Assembly: GCA_041677685.1 (NCBI GenBank)
Contig: JBAYPN010000018.1
Coordinates: forward strand, 1 to 14,897
DNA length: 14,897 bases
Direction of reading: 5' to 3'
Source: an archaeon
Lineage (GTDB): Archaea > Iainarchaeota > Iainarchaeia > Iainarchaeales > CSSED10-239
The notes beneath the pieces are model-generated. The model saw only the letters and a program-made list of their open reading frames with translations, made no database searches and was not told the origin of the DNA. The translations under genes were made by a program, and so were the position numbers. Position 1 is the first letter of the stretch. The number at the start of each line of letters is the position of its first letter. This document shows, piece after piece, positions 14,791 through 14,897 of this stretch.

Positions 14791-14897
14791 GCGGCCGCAA
14801 ATTTTTCGGCACCCTCCCGGGGCCGAAAAATTTGGCTTGAGCCGCCTTTCTCTCGAAAGGCGGGCGGAAAAAACTTTTGCTCATTGCTCGCATCCTA
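14791..14897. ncRNA. GC-rich island with nested hairpins, truncated by the window edge: candidate structured RNA gene or rRNA-operon leader/processing stem; identity unknown
   Basis: Composition shifts abruptly from roughly 25-30% to roughly 50% G+C. There is a perfect 13-bp stem, 14798-14810 (caaatttttcggc) paired with 14822-14834 (gccgaaaaatttg), around an 11-nt loop. There is a perfect 9-bp stem, 14842-14850 (ccgcctttc) paired with 14855-14863 (gaaaggcgg), with loop tctc. The segment gcggc (14791-14795) can pair with gccgc (14841-14845), which competes with the second hairpin. I could find no tRNA T-loop, no 5S motifs and no 16S 5' end. Confidence 0.3.

Noticed and set aside
14791-14897. 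The GC-rich terminal element could be a tRNA or 5S rRNA gene.
   Set aside because: No GTTCRANYC-type T-loop or cloverleaf arm spacing could be fitted. No 5S loop motifs (CCGAAC, GAAGTTAAGC-like) are present. The 13-bp A/T-rich stem is unlike either RNA. I kept it only as an unidentified structured element.
1-14897. The whole window could be a defence island, prophage, integrative element or toxin-antitoxin system.
   Set aside because: I saw no integrase, transposase, nuclease/helicase/methyltransferase combination, phage structural genes, small paired ORFs or flanking tRNA/att-like repeats. Apart from the last ~100 nt, composition is uniform, and the recognisable genes are core housekeeping functions.

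Overview
The window is visibly AT-rich (about 70% A+T by eye), tightly packed and mostly housekeeping. The gene set is archaeal: the SepF C-terminus, NAC alpha, ribosomal proteins S15P/S13e and S3Ae, a standalone KEOPS Bud32 kinase, a secF-secD operon, ValRS, a Dus-family tRNA-dihydrouridine synthase and a NOG1-type GTPase. The small, divergent, Lys/Ile/Asn-rich proteins suggest a reduced-genome, DPANN-like archaeon, but that is inference only. I found no integrase, transposase, CRISPR array, toxin-antitoxin pair, restriction enzyme or other recognisable defence or mobile module, so I cannot support a claim of a clear new multi-gene system. Five things stand out. (1) A 7.5-copy 25-bp tandem repeat array fills the whole convergent gap between the first full ORF and dus. 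(2) A C-terminally membrane-anchored protein with two PepSY-like repeats starts 2 bp after the sepF stop. (3) A 147-aa minimal archaeosortase/exosortase-like protein lies next to a DUF92/TMEM19-family membrane protein. (4) A GC-rich island of nested hairpins is cut off by the 3' window edge and may be a structured RNA or an rRNA-operon leader. (5) The NOG1-like GTPase lacks a G4 (NKxD) motif. Four membrane or secreted hypothetical proteins have no recognisable family.
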